A stretch of DNA of 64,000 nt from a virus (Duplodnaviria > Caudoviricetes). Location of the stretch: positions 14,958-78,957 of the IMG/VR virus record IMGVR_UViG_642791618_000001; one strand, given 5' to 3'. Positions 1 through 10,467 of the stretch are shown here, piece by piece; position 1 is the first letter of the stretch, and every line of letters begins with the position of its first letter. The translations under genes were made by a program, and so were the position numbers. Under the pieces are notes generated by a model. The model was not told the DNA's origin, did not search any database, and saw only the letters and a program-made list of their open reading frames with translations.

Positions 1-116
1 CTGAGCAGCAGTGCTGCGTCGCGCACGAACTGCGCGCGGCGGGTCCACGCGAAGGCGTTTCGATCCGCTGTCAACGCGGCCACTGCATCATCCAAACTGG
101 GCACGGCCTCGGACAT
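1..116 (-). CDS. 5' part of an unknown CDS translationally coupled to the ATPase (runs off window)
   Basis: ATG at 116-114 overlaps the ATPase TGA. Open to the window edge: MSEAVPSLDDAVAALTADRNAFAWTRRAQFVRDAALLL. Confidence 0.45.
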   Translation of the reverse strand, partial: MSEAVPSLDDAVAALTADRNAFAWTRRAQFVRDAALLL

Positions 117-1993
117 CAGAATTGGTATCGCTTGCCGCGTTTGCGGAATGCTTCCTCCCCGCCTTCGAGCAGTGTGACGATGCTGTCCTTGCACTCATCC
201 ACGGTGCCTTCGCGCGTCTTTCGTCCGTGCTCGCCATCGGACTCCATCACGACGACGCGCTCGGCCTCTCCAAGCACGGGGATGTTTGGATTGTGGGTCA
301 CGAAGATGAGCTGCCGGGTCGCTTTCACCGCTTGGATATTGGCCACAACAGCCTCGAAAATGAAGCTGTTATCGAGGTTGTCCTCCGGCTGATCGATGAG
401 CAGCGGGTTTTCGCTTTCAAGTAGCAGGATTGGCAGAATCGTCGTGCATTTCTGGCCGGTCGAAAGCTGCGTCGAGGGTTTGTAGCCTTCGCCGTCGCGC
501 AATTCGATGGTTGGCTCATCGAGTAACTCCACGGTTTCCAGCTCAGCGAGCGTTGTCGGACGATTGAACGTGACCATCATCTTGGCAGCCTGGTCTGCGT
601 TGAGTTCGCCACGATCCATCAGCAAGCGCGAATCGCCCGCACGCACGAGAGCCGCCAATTGCGTTGGAGGCAGCAGCCGGACGAGCTTTTGCGCGATCAT
701 ACCCCGCTGCACACCGGCGCCTTTGAGCGTGTCTTCGATGAGACGCTGGTAGGTATCCGGGTTGCCATCCTGCGCCACGGTCACGCGGATATTCGGTGCG
801 AGAGCACGGTTCAGCCGGTCGGCGATGCCCTTGCGAAGATTGAAGCGCCGATCGCGTAATTCGGACAGTTGCGTGATCAGCTTCTGATGTGACTCAGAGT
901 GTTTCGCGAGTTGCCGGGCAATTTCGTCCGCTTCGCGTTTGCGCTCACCGAGTTCATTGCGGCGGCGTTCAAGAGTGGCGCGCTCTGCCGACTGTGCTTG
1001 ATGCTGCTTGTGTTTCTCGATCAACTCGCGGAACGCGAGTTCCTGCTGCTCGTGTGCGTTTTGCAGCTCCGTCTTGAGGGCGCTCAGATTCGCGAGAAAA
1101 TCCTCAATTGTGTGGCGCGCCTTGTTGAGGTGGCCGTCGGTCGTGGTCGCGCTCGCGAGCATTTGCGTGTGCAGCCGGGTCAGGATCGCGGCATTAGGGC
1201 CGGTGAGCAGGTCTTTAGGAAGGTGGGTTCCGGTGATCGCCTTGGCATGTCCGATGAGTGACTGGATCTGCTCTACGTATTCGCAAAGTGAAGTGCTCGC
1301 TGTGCGCACAGCCCGAACTTCCCGGTCGCGGTTCCCCTTGAGCCGGTGGGCTTCGTTGATCACGGCTGCGTCGTTGCCTTGCCCACCCGCGAATGCGGCG
1401 AGCTTCGCCTCAATCACGGGCAACTGCTTGGCTTCTTCCTCAGCGGTCGCGCGCTTCGTGGTCAGCGTTTCAACCTCGCGGGCCAGCGCTGTGATGTTCT
1501 GGCAGACCACGCTGATATGCGCATTCAGACCGACAATGTCGTCCGCCGTGAAACTGTCGATGAGGTCGAGTTGATACCGACTCTGATCGGCGATGGATTC
1601 GACTTCGTTTTGGCTGAACACATCGGCGCGGAAGAGCGACTTCACTGCGATGCCTGTCGGCTGACGTTTCAGGTCCAGAACAATGGGGTCCTCGTCGACT
1701 GCCCGGCTGATGATGTAGTGGAGCCCGTCCGCGGTTTCGATCTCGAGTTCAATCCGGCCGCCTTCGAGGTTGCCATCGACGAGCGCCTCAATGCGTTTCC
1801 GAGCCGAAGCGGCCACTTCGCGACGCGGCAGCGCGTCCATCGCGTAGCGGATGAGTTCGAGGATGGTCGTCTTGCCGGTGCCGCGCGCGCCGATGATGCA
1901 ATTGAGGCCGGTGGCGAGGTCGATGCGCACGCCATCGAGGAAGCCGCCAATGATCGAGAGGCTTTTGAGTTGGTGTCTGCGTTTCGTTTTCAT
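116..1993 (-). CDS. TrlF-like / SMC-type ABC ATPase
   Basis: Walker A GARGTGKT, long coiled coil, signature LSTGQK, Walker B LLIDQPEDNLDN, H-loop VTHNPN. Start taken at MKTKRR. Confidence 0.8.
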   Translation of the reverse strand: MKTKRRHQLKSLSIIGGFLDGVRIDLATGLNCIIGARGTGKTTILELIRYAMDALPRREVAASARKRIEALVDGNLEGGRIELEIETADGLHYIISRAVDEDPIVLDLKRQPTGIAVKSLFRADVFSQNEVESIADQSRYQLDLIDSFTADDIVGLNAHISVVCQNITALAREVETLTTKRATAEEEAKQLPVIEAKLAAFAGGQGNDAAVINEAHRLKGNRDREVRAVRTASTSLCEYVEQIQSLIGHAKAITGTHLPKDLLTGPNAAILTRLHTQMLASATTTDGHLNKARHTIEDFLANLSALKTELQNAHEQQELAFRELIEKHKQHQAQSAERATLERRRNELGERKREADEIARQLAKHSESHQKLITQLSELRDRRFNLRKGIADRLNRALAPNIRVTVAQDGNPDTYQRLIEDTLKGAGVQRGMIAQKLVRLLPPTQLAALVRAGDSRLLMDRGELNADQAAKMMVTFNRPTTLAELETVELLDEPTIELRDGEGYKPSTQLSTGQKCTTILPILLLESENPLLIDQPEDNLDNSFIFEAVVANIQAVKATRQLIFVTHNPNIPVLGEAERVVVMESDGEHGRKTREGTVDECKDSIVTLLEGGEEAFRKRGKRYQF

Positions 1994-2017
1994 CGAGACG
2001 ACCAATCTTGCGAAAAG

Positions 2018-2181
2018 CCGGTATCACCAAGCGAAACCCGGCTCGGTATCACAGTCCATATGGCGCGCGTGATACCGGTATCACGGATCGGCTGATACCG
2101 GCATCGTCAGCCGGGCGGCGCCATCCGGCTGACCGTACGGGATTGGTAATTCGGAACCGCACCGGGAGGACACGATACCGG
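2018..2181. repeat. Array of GATACCG/CGGTATC half-sites including the perfect palindrome GTGATACCGGTATCAC (2069-2084); putative operator or iteron region
   Basis: Copies at 2019, 2044, 2071, 2076, 2094 and 2174 in the divergent intergenic region. Confidence 0.6.
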
Positions 2182-2249
2182 CACTCATGGGATTTCTCGG
2201 CCCGTCACGCAAACCGCGGGGCACCGAAAATCAAAACCAAATCGCAACC

Positions 2250-3205
2250 ATGAGTATTCTCGCATCCACCATCCATCGCGGCCCGCTTGTTCGGGCGCAG
2301 AAGACAGTCATTTACGGCCCCGAGGGCATCGGCAAGACCACCCTTGCGGCGCAGTTCCCATCGCCTGTGTTTCTCGACACCGAGGGCGGTACCCATCATC
2401 TCGACGTGGCGCGTTTCCCCGCGCCAAAGACTTGGGATGACGTGACGAAAACTATCGCCGCACTCGCGTCCGAGCCGCACGAGTTCAGGACTCTTGTCGT
2501 CGATACGGCGGACTGGCTTGAAAAGCTCCTCATCGAGGACGTCTGCCGCCGCGCGAACAAAACGAGCATCGAGGAATTCGGCTACGGCAAAGGCTACGTG
2601 GTGCTCGCGGAGGAGGTAACAAAGTTCCTCGCATCGCTCAATGCGCTGCTCGCTCGCGGAATGCACGTCCTGCTGCTCGCGCACTGCCGAATTGCGAAGT
2701 TCGAGCAGCCCGACGCGGCGGGCGCGTATGATCGCTACGAGCTGAAGCTCACCAAGCAGGTCGCGCCGCTGGTGAAGGAGTGGTGCGACATGCTGCTCTT
2801 CGCGAACTACTTCACGAAGATCGCGGAGAATGACAGTGGCAGAAACGCGGTGTCGGCGGACGCGAGCGCAAGCTCTATACGACCCACACGGCCGCGTGGG
2901 ACGCCAAGAACCGGCACGGCTTCGAGGAAAATCTGCCGTTCGAGTTCGCCGCCGTTGCGTCGGCTTTCGGTGCCAGCACAGAAATCAAACCAGTGGCTCC
3001 GGTCGCGAATCCCGTCGAGAGGCTCGCGGAGTTGGTCTCCGGAAAAGAAGACGTGGTGAACGCATTCCTTGTCGCTCGGCAGCAAATCAAGACCGGGCAG
3101 ACGTGGCGTGATGTCGCACCCGACTACGCCCTGCGCGTCATCAGCAAACCGGATGATTTCCTCCGCGCCGTCGAAGCGCAGCTCGCGAACGGAGGTGCGA
3201 AATGA
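2250..3205 (+). CDS. AAA_24 ATPase (Sak4-like recombinase); frameshift near 2840
   Basis: IYGPEGIGKTT, FLDTEGG, LVVDTADWLE, YGKGY. The reading continues in another frame (KRGVGGRERKLYTTHTAAWDAKNRHG...) to TGA 3205. Confidence 0.85.
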
Positions 3206-4220
3206 CCCTTCGCCCCTCGAATCTCCCGAAGCTCGCCATCTGCGCGTGTTTTGAGCCGAATCCGGATGCGGGCTCCGCAGCAGCACGCGGTACCATGCTG
3301 GATGGTGTGTTCCGGCGCCGCGTCCACGGCGACAAGTCCGACGACACGGCCGTCGCGAAGGACGAACTCGACGCGGTGGATTGGGCGATCAACCAGATCG
3401 CCGCGATTGCCGGCACGACGGAAATCGTCACCGCAGAAGCCCGCTGCAAAATCGAGTGCCTTGGCCTCACCGGGACGGCGGATGCCTGGCTGCCGGAGCT
3501 GGGCATGAGCGCGGATCTCAAGACCGGTCAGCTCCGAAACTACCGGGAGCAGATGGCCGCCTACGCACTTGGTTTCATGGAAGCAACCTTTTGCAGCGAA
3601 TGGACGGCGCATTTGCTGTTCTGCGATCAGCGGCAGTTCGTCACGTATCGTTTCAACTATGAGGAAGCGAAAGCGGTTGTGAGTGAAGTGATCGCCCAAT
3701 TCCACGACCCCGCGAAACAGCCGGTGCCGTGTGACTACTGCTCGTGGTGCGCGAAAGCTGAGACGTGTCCAGCCCGGCTTGAACTTGCGGCGGCGGGGCG
3801 CTGACGCCCGCCGGGCCGGCGTTCAACTTCGAGGCCGTCCTCGCGGACGACGAGCAGCTTGGTCAATTCCTCTCCGCCTGTGCGGTGCTCGATGATTTCC
3901 GCGAACGCGCGGAGGAAATCGCGAAGAAGCGCCTCATTGGCGGCGACAAGATTCCGGGCTGGAAGCTGAGCAGCCGGAAGGCGCCGGAGTTCGTCTATCA
4001 CGATGCGGTCGGACGCTACATCGACCGCTTTGGTTTCGGCGCGGTACTCGGCGCTTACGGCAATCTCAGCGGCGCGAAATTCCGCGAGCTGTGGGCCGCG
4101 AAGATGCCGGCTGACACGCCCTTTCCCGAGGAACTCATCCAACGCGGAGCCGGCTCGGTCAGCTTGCGGCGCGTCTCCACCAAACCCACGACCACCAAAC
4201 CCACACTCACTAACGCCTAA
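3202..4220 (+). CDS. DUF2800-like PD-(D/E)XK exonuclease; frameshift near 3795
   Basis: AARGTMLD, GTADAW, DLKTG, QMAAYALG, CDYCSWC. The C-terminus (IPGWKL) is in ORF 3885-4220. Confidence 0.75.
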
Positions 4221-4225
4221 ACGCC

Positions 4226-4663
4226 ATGCCTTCCTACCGCTCATCCGAACCCACCGCCCGCCCAGATTTCGTCGAGCCGGGCGAATACACCGTCGAAGTC
4301 GTCAACGCCGAGGAAACCGTTTCCCAGAAAGGAAGCGACATGATCGAGCTGAAGCTCCGCGTGCATCCCAGCGGCGCGACCATGTTCGACCATCTCGTGT
4401 TCATGGAGTCGGCGTTTTGGAAGATCGACTCCTTCCGCGCCGCGACCGGCGAATCGGTCACGCCGGACGAAGAAGTCGATATCCACGCCGATGACCTCAT
4501 CGGTCGCACCGGCCGCGCGCGGCTCACCATCGAGGAATTCAACGGTCGCAAGCGCAACAAGATCGCCGCCTGGCTGCCGCCGAAACCGGCAGCATCCGCG
4601 CCGGCGGCAGTCGCAGCAACTGCAGGCACCAAGCCCAAGGACGATGACAACATCCCCTTCTAA
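4226..4663 (+). CDS. DUF669-family phage ssDNA-binding protein
   Basis: EPGEYTVEVVNAEE, OB-like core, acidic C-terminus DDDNIPF, position in the recombination module. Confidence 0.8.
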   Translation: MPSYRSSEPTARPDFVEPGEYTVEVVNAEETVSQKGSDMIELKLRVHPSGATMFDHLVFMESAFWKIDSFRAATGESVTPDEEVDIHADDLIGRTGRARLTIEEFNGRKRNKIAAWLPPKPAASAPAAVAATAGTKPKDDDNIPF

Positions 4664-6186
4664 GGTCGCATTGCGCGGCTATCAGGTCGCGGCACACGAA
4701 GCGATCCAGCGCGGCTTCGCGGAGCATCAGCGTCAGTTGCTGGTGCTCCCGACCGGCGGCGGCAAGACCGTCGTGCTCGCACATCTTGCGGCTACGCATC
4801 AACCGCGGCGGACGCTCGTGCTCGCGCACCGCGAGGAACTCATCACGCAGGCCGTGGACAAAATCCGCGCCGTCACCGGACTGATTCCCGAGGTTGAAAT
4901 GGCCGACTTCCGCGCCAGCCTGAACGCTCCGGTCGTCGTGGCCAGTGTGCAAACGCTGGTACGCAGCTCGCGGCGCGAACGCTGGCCCCACGATCATTTC
5001 GGCCTTCTGGTCGTGGACGAAGCCCATCACTCGCTCGCGGACAGCTACCTCAACACGCTCCGCTACTTCGATGAAAACGCTTTCGTGCTCGGCGTCACCG
5101 CGACGCCTGATCGTGGCGACAAGAAGAATTTGGGTCGCTACTACCAGAACATCCCGTACGAGGTGACACTGCTCGATCTCGTGCAGCAGAATTGGCTCTC
5201 TCCCATCCGGGTGAAGACGGTGCCGCTGGAAATCGACCTGGACGACGTGGGCACGACCGCCGGCGACTACAACGCCCAGGATCTCGGCCATGCCATCGAG
5301 CCCTACCTGGAGCGCGTCGCCGACGTGCTCGCGGAGCACGTGCAACGGAAGATTCTCGTCTTCCTCCCGCTGATCTCGCTCAGTCGCGGCTTCGCCGAGC
5401 TCTGCCGCCAACGTGGACTGCGTGCGGAGCACGTCGATGGCACGAGCGACGACCGGGGCGACATCCTCGCACGCTTTCGCCGCGGCGAAACGCGTGTGCT
5501 CACTAACGCCATGTTGCTCACCGAGGGCTATGACGAGCCGAGCATTGATTGCGTTGTCTGCCTGCGGCCGACAAAAATCCGCTCGCTCTACAGCCAGATC
5601 GTCGGGCGAGGCACTCGGCTCTATCCGGGCAAGGATCACCTGCTGTTGCTCGACTTTTTGTGGATGAGCGAGGAGCACGTGCTGATGAAGCCGGCGAACC
5701 TCATCGCCGCCGACGCCGAGGAAGCAAACGCCATCACCGAGGCGCTCGGCTTTGGCGGCGATCTCGAGGAAGCGAAGGGCAAAGCCGACGCCGACCCGTG
5801 CGGCCACGCTGCGCCAGCGCCTCCGCCAGAATGCAAAGCGCAACGCGCGGACATTCGACGCGCTGGAGTTCGCCCTGTCGCTGGGCGACGTGGACCTGGC
5901 CGACTTTGTGCCGACGATGCCCTGGCATGGCGACCCGGCCACGAGCCGACAGCGCGAGATTTTGGGCAAGTTCGGCGTTGATCCCGGCACGCTTACCTGT
6001 AAAGGCCAGGCAGCGGCGCTGCTGGACAAGCTCTTCCTCCGCCGCGACCTCGGCCTCGCCAGCGCCCGCCAGGTGCTCTGGTTGCGGAAGCTCGGCCATC
6101 CGAAACCGGAACTCGCCACCTTTGACGAAGCGAAGCAATTCCTCGATGCGAAGTGGAGCAAACCCGCCGTGCCGGCCCAGCCATGA
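4644..6186 (+). CDS. SF2 DEAD/DEAH-box helicase; frameshift near 5795
   Basis: LRGYQ, LPTGGGKT, VVDEAHH, VTATPDRGD, LTEGYDEP, QIVGRGTR. The C-terminal domain is in ORF 5752-6186. Confidence 0.9.
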
Positions 6187-6386
6187 GCCGCCTACTATTC
6201 AACGAGTTGGAGGCGAGGCTGTCGCGCGTCCACACGATCCTCACGGAGCTTCTATTGAACGAGCAGTGCCTACCCACAGATGCGTCAGACCTTGCCGATG
6301 AAGCCGAGGAACTGACGAACGAGGCAAGGGATATCCTTCATCAAGGGTATGCCTACTTCGACTCACAGCTCGGAGACCGCTTATGA
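6183..6386 (+). CDS. Small hypothetical phage protein
   Basis: ATGA overlaps at both ends; 67 aa, helical and acidic. Confidence 0.55.
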   Translation: MSRLLFNELEARLSRVHTILTELLLNEQCLPTDASDLADEAEELTNEARDILHQGYAYFDSQLGDRL

Positions 6387-8414
6387 GCTTCCGATACCAC
6401 TCGCGCCCGCCCCTACCGCCACGCACGCTCGATTATCTCGCGCGTGGGGCGGCCGAGGGGCAGCGCAACGCCGAGTTGTTCGACGCTGCGTGCCAGTTCC
6501 GCGATGCGGGTTTCCGCGCCGAGGAAGCCGAGCAGCAATTGCTCGCCCGCGCCACGCTCGATGGCTTGAGCGAAGCCGAAGCGCGCTCGGCGATCCGTTC
6601 CGCCTTTACCCACGGTGCCCGCGAGCCGGCGGTGGGTCATGCGGCTGAACCTGGGGCCTTGCCGCCGCCGAAACGCGTGTCCGCGGTACAGCCGCCAAAA
6701 GCGCCACTAGCGCCGGTGTCGCTGCCTTCGCCCATTGAGGGTGGATTCACCAAACTGCTCGACGCTTGCTTTGCCGCCGAGGAGTTCGTCGCCATCGCCC
6801 CGGCGCGCGAAGACGAGGCTGGAGACGTCGTGCCGACGCGCGGCGTGACGATGACACGGGAGGAATGGAAACAGCGCATCGTCGCGCGAGGCGGTATCGA
6901 GAAGTGTTTCAGTACGACGCTCGGATTGTTCGTGCGCATCAATCCGATGGCGAAAAACGGAGCGAAGAACGAGCACGTTACGTCCTTCCGGCACGCGCTC
7001 GTCGAGTTTGACCGCGACGATGGCGGCACGCAGATCCCGAAGGAACAGCAACACGCCGCCATTCTCGCTAGCGGGCTGCCGGTCTCGGCCGTCATCGACT
7101 CCGGCAACAAGTCGCTCCACGCCTGGGTGCGCGTGGACGCGCCCGATGCGGCGGAGTACCGGCGGCGCGTGGACATCATCTGGGATTGGTTTGAAGGACG
7201 CTGCCTCGATCGCCAAAACAAGAATCCATCACGGCTGTCCCGCTGTCCCGAGGGCCGACGCACCGTGGAGGGCGAGGTCCGCATGCAGCAACTCCTCGCC
7301 CTCCATGTCGGCGCGAAATCGTGGTCCGAATGGGAAGCAGCGCATGCGGCCGATGGTCTGCCGAAGATCATTGGCGGCGCGGAGTTCATGGCCGTGCCGA
7401 AGCCGGAACCGCCGCAACTCATTACCGGCGTGCTGCATCAGGGCAGCAAGATGATCCTCGGCGGCGCGAGCAAAAGCCGCAAATCATGGACGTTGATCGA
7501 CATGATGCTCTCCGTGAGCACCGGCGTGACGTGGTGGGGTTTTGCCACGCAACGCGGGCGTGTGCTCTACATAAATTTCGAGCTGCCGGATTTCGCCTTC
7601 CAGCATCGGTTGCAAGCCATCGCCAGGCACAAAGGCATTACCGACTTTACCGGCATCGATCTTTGGAATCTGCGCGGGTTCGCCACCGATTTCTCCGTGC
7701 TCATCCCGAAGATTCTGGCCCGGGTGAAGGATGAGCGATACGCGCTCATCGTCCTCGACCCCGTCTACAAGGGCCTCGGCAAGCGCGACGAGAACAAGGC
7801 CGGCGATATCGCATCGCTCTGCAACGAGATCGAGCAACTCGCCGTTCAATCCGGAGCGGCTGTTGTCTTCGGTGCGCACTACTCCAAGGGCAACCAGGCG
7901 GGCAAAGATGCCATCGACCGTATCGGCGGCAGCGGCGTTTTCGCGCGCGATCCCGACGTGATCCTGACTATGACGCCGCACGAGGATGACAATGCCTACG
8001 TCGTGGATCTGACGCTGCGGGCCTTGCCGCAGGTCCCATCCTTCGTTGTGCGGTGGGCTGGCTGCATCTTCCAACGTGACCAGCACGCGGACGCCACGCG
8101 GGGTGAAGACCATCGCCAAACCTGGCGGCAAAAAGAAACCCGAGCCGCAGGCCCATTACCGGCGCGGCAGCCATGCCGACCGCTATGGCGCCATGTTCGA
8201 GCAAATGCCGCCAATGGCGAACCACGCGGAGATGGAGCACAGCGATGTGCTTCACCATATCCTGCGCACCATCGAGGCCTCCGGCGAGAGCTGCACGCCG
8301 GTCAAAGCCAAGAACGTCTTCGACAGTCTGCGCCACAAGAGCTGCGGCATTATGGTCTTTGAAATGCCGTGCTGGCGGGGTCGCAAATACCGCCCGGAAG
8401 GAGGCGCGCAATGA
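6383..8414 (+). CDS. Primase-helicase (PriCT-like N-terminus, AEP-like core, AAA_25/RepA helicase); frameshift near 8100
   Basis: GQRNAELFDAA, DSGNKSLHAW, GGASKSRKS, VLDPVYK, HYSKG. The C-terminus continues in ORF 8046-8414. Confidence 0.8.
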
Positions 8415-8635
8415 GCGCGTTTTCCGTCGTAAGTCGTTCCAGGGAGCTTTTCCCTGGCATTCCCCAGGGGAAACTTTCCCTGAGTTTCCCTTGGGGAATT
8501 CCCTATTTATTCTCTTACGAGAATAAAGCGCGAAACCGCTTCCACGGTCTTCGCGCGCGCCATCGCGCTCACTTGGAGTTCGCGCGAGCGCAAGTGGTGT
8601 CCGCCAGATCGCCAAACGGAGTCGTCAACCCATGA
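8411..8635 (+). CDS. Small ORF spanning a palindrome cluster
   Basis: ATGA-coupled at both ends (8411 and 8632); may simply keep the frame open through a cis element. Confidence 0.4.
   Translation: MSAFSVVSRSRELFPGIPQGKLSLSFPWGIPYLFSYENKARNRFHGLRARHRAHLEFARAQVVSARSPNGVVNP
8439..8527. repeat. Cluster of inverted repeats (TTCCC/GGGAA motifs plus an AT-rich hairpin); candidate replication origin
   Basis: CCAGGGA-N5-TCCCTGG (8439-8457), TTCCCCAGGGGAA (8460-8472), TTTATTCTC-N4-GAGAATAAA (8506-8527), directly after the primase-helicase. Confidence 0.5.
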
Positions 8636-9201
8636 GCTACCAAGCCGACGACTACTCCAAAAAGCAGACGATCAAGGACGCCTCCTACGCCCGCGACTAC
8701 AAGGCCTGGCTTGCCACGCTCACGCCCGAGGAACGCTGGCGTGTGGCGGAGCTGGGCCTCGACGCCCCGCTGCTGCCCAAGGACGGCGGTGGCTTCCTCG
8801 ACAAGGATGCTGCGGATTCGCCAATGGCCTCCGAGGCACCCGCGCCGATCCCCGAGGACGCGCCGCCGGAAGCCACTGCCGGGATTCTCGGGACCGAGGA
8901 CGTCTGGGACGTTCTCCGCCGACTGGTTGGCCAGTTATTGGCCGAACGCAACGCGCGCCTCAGTCTCGAATGCCTCGCGCTGGTCAGCGGGCTTTCTTTT
9001 CTGGGCGACTCGATGACCGCAGTAGCCCGGCGCCACGGCGTCACCCGCGCGGCGGTCTCAAAACGCTGCGTCGAACTGACCGAACATCTCAATCTCCTGC
9101 CTTCGCGCGCCATGCGCTCTTTGACAGCCCGCCGCGCCTATCGCGCGGCCCAGGTTTCCACCCGCACCCACTATGAACGATTTGGCCATCATCACTCCTA
9201 A
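8632..9201 (+). CDS. Hypothetical protein with a probable C-terminal HTH
   Basis: SMTAVARRHGVTRAAVSKR resembles a helix-turn-helix. Confidence 0.65.
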   Translation: MSYQADDYSKKQTIKDASYARDYKAWLATLTPEERWRVAELGLDAPLLPKDGGGFLDKDAADSPMASEAPAPIPEDAPPEATAGILGTEDVWDVLRRLVGQLLAERNARLSLECLALVSGLSFLGDSMTAVARRHGVTRAAVSKRCVELTEHLNLLPSRAMRSLTARRAYRAAQVSTRTHYERFGHHHS

Positions 9202-9838
9202 AGTCAGGATCACACCGCTGGGCCTCGATGTTCTAGAGGACCTCACGTTCGAGGAATGGAGTGAACTCGCTCCTCACCTCGGCCAGGCCGCCCGCTCCAT
9301 CTCCTTCGTGATCGGCGACTGGCTGATCTATGGCGACCGCTTTGCCGTCCAGTTCCCGCTTCCCGGTTTCACCGAGAAACTGCCCCGGACGGAACCCGAG
9401 CGCTATGAGAAGGCGATGGTCAATACCACCCTGGATCGGGTCACGCTGCGCAACTACGCTTACGTCGCCCGGAATGTTGGAAAGTCGTGCCGAAACGACT
9501 TCCTCTCGTTTGACCACCACCGCGCTCTTGCGTCGCTGGATGAGACCAGTCAGCGGCACTGGATTGCCACCGCTTTGGCCGAGATCGACGCCGGACGGCG
9601 CATGACCGTTCGCCGTTTCCGGCGCTCCATCGAGGCCGGGCGCGTCCTCGGTGTGGAGGAACTCTACACCGATACCGGCGACACGGGTCTAACCAATCAC
9701 ATTCCGTTCGTGAACGGTTTGGTAGGTTGGTGGGCGCGGATGCGCAAGGCCGGATGGCTCCGGACCGCGACCGCCGAAAAGCGCGCTGCACTCAAACGCG
9801 ATCTTCAGCCAGTGGCCGACATCATTTCCGAACTATGA
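9173..9838 (+). CDS. LmbU-like putative DNA-binding protein
   Basis: LTFEEW...SFVIGDWLIYG and YAYVARNV...LSFDHHRALA resemble LmbU-family motifs. Confidence 0.5.
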   Translation: MNDLAIITPKVRITPLGLDVLEDLTFEEWSELAPHLGQAARSISFVIGDWLIYGDRFAVQFPLPGFTEKLPRTEPERYEKAMVNTTLDRVTLRNYAYVARNVGKSCRNDFLSFDHHRALASLDETSQRHWIATALAEIDAGRRMTVRRFRRSIEAGRVLGVEELYTDTGDTGLTNHIPFVNGLVGWWARMRKAGWLRTATAEKRAALKRDLQPVADIISEL

Positions 9839-10083
9839 TCACCGACATCCAAGACCTCGAACAACAGAAAGCCCTCGACCACATCCGCGAACTGATGACC
9901 GCCCACTGGCGCGAAGCGCAGGACGCACAGGACGACGACGGCAAATTCGGTATCGCCTTCAAGGCTACTTTCGACCACGGGGCATCGCCGACAAAGTTGA
10001 AGGTGACCTGCCGCATTGCCAAGACGATCAGCGACGAAATCGAGAGTGAGGTCGAAGATCCACGGCAGCCGAAGCTGTTGTGA
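9835..10083 (+). CDS. Hypothetical protein
   Basis: ATG overlaps the upstream TGA; 82 aa with phage-like codon usage. Confidence 0.6.
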   Translation: MITDIQDLEQQKALDHIRELMTAHWREAQDAQDDDGKFGIAFKATFDHGASPTKLKVTCRIAKTISDEIESEVEDPRQPKLL

Positions 10084-10171
10084 CGAGCAAAACGGCCGTA
10101 CCAAGCGTCAGCAATATGAAAAGTGCTATCCCGGACGGCTTTTGAGACAAAAGCGTTCTCCACCCCAAAGT

Positions 10172-10408
10172 ATGTCTGATTTCGATTCATCGCAGCGACC
10201 GCCACCGTCCCCGCCGATTGCCTCAGAAAAGGTCTCTATCGAGCGAAAAATCTTTTTCCTCGACCTGAAAGAGAATCAAAGAGGGCGCTTCCTCAAAATC
10301 ACTGAGGATGTCGGCGGGCGGCGTGATACGATCATGCTACCAGCGGAAGCTTTTAAGGAATTCGTCGAGGCGTTGGAGCGACTGATCGATTTTGAGGCAA
10401 AGCTTTAG
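10172..10408 (+). CDS. PUR-domain (PurA-like) ssDNA/RNA-binding protein
   Basis: SEKVSIERKIFFLDLKENQRGRFLKITE...RRDTIMLP is a typical single PUR repeat. Confidence 0.8.
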   Translation: MSDFDSSQRPPPSPPIASEKVSIERKIFFLDLKENQRGRFLKITEDVGGRRDTIMLPAEAFKEFVEALERLIDFEAKL

Positions 10409-10467
10409 AAGGCGATCCGGGCGGCTCTCGAAGGTAACTGCCTTTATTTTGACAGCCGCCAGGGAGC

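Noticed and set aside
2018-2181. Mini-CRISPR array or small coding repeat
   Set aside because: The repeat unit is only 7-9 bp and occurs in both orientations; ORF 2008-2253 is unconvincing.
2840-8100. Programmed frameshifting in the four replication genes
   Set aside because: No phased slippery heptamers, the breaks interrupt conserved domains, and the pattern matches homopolymer indels.
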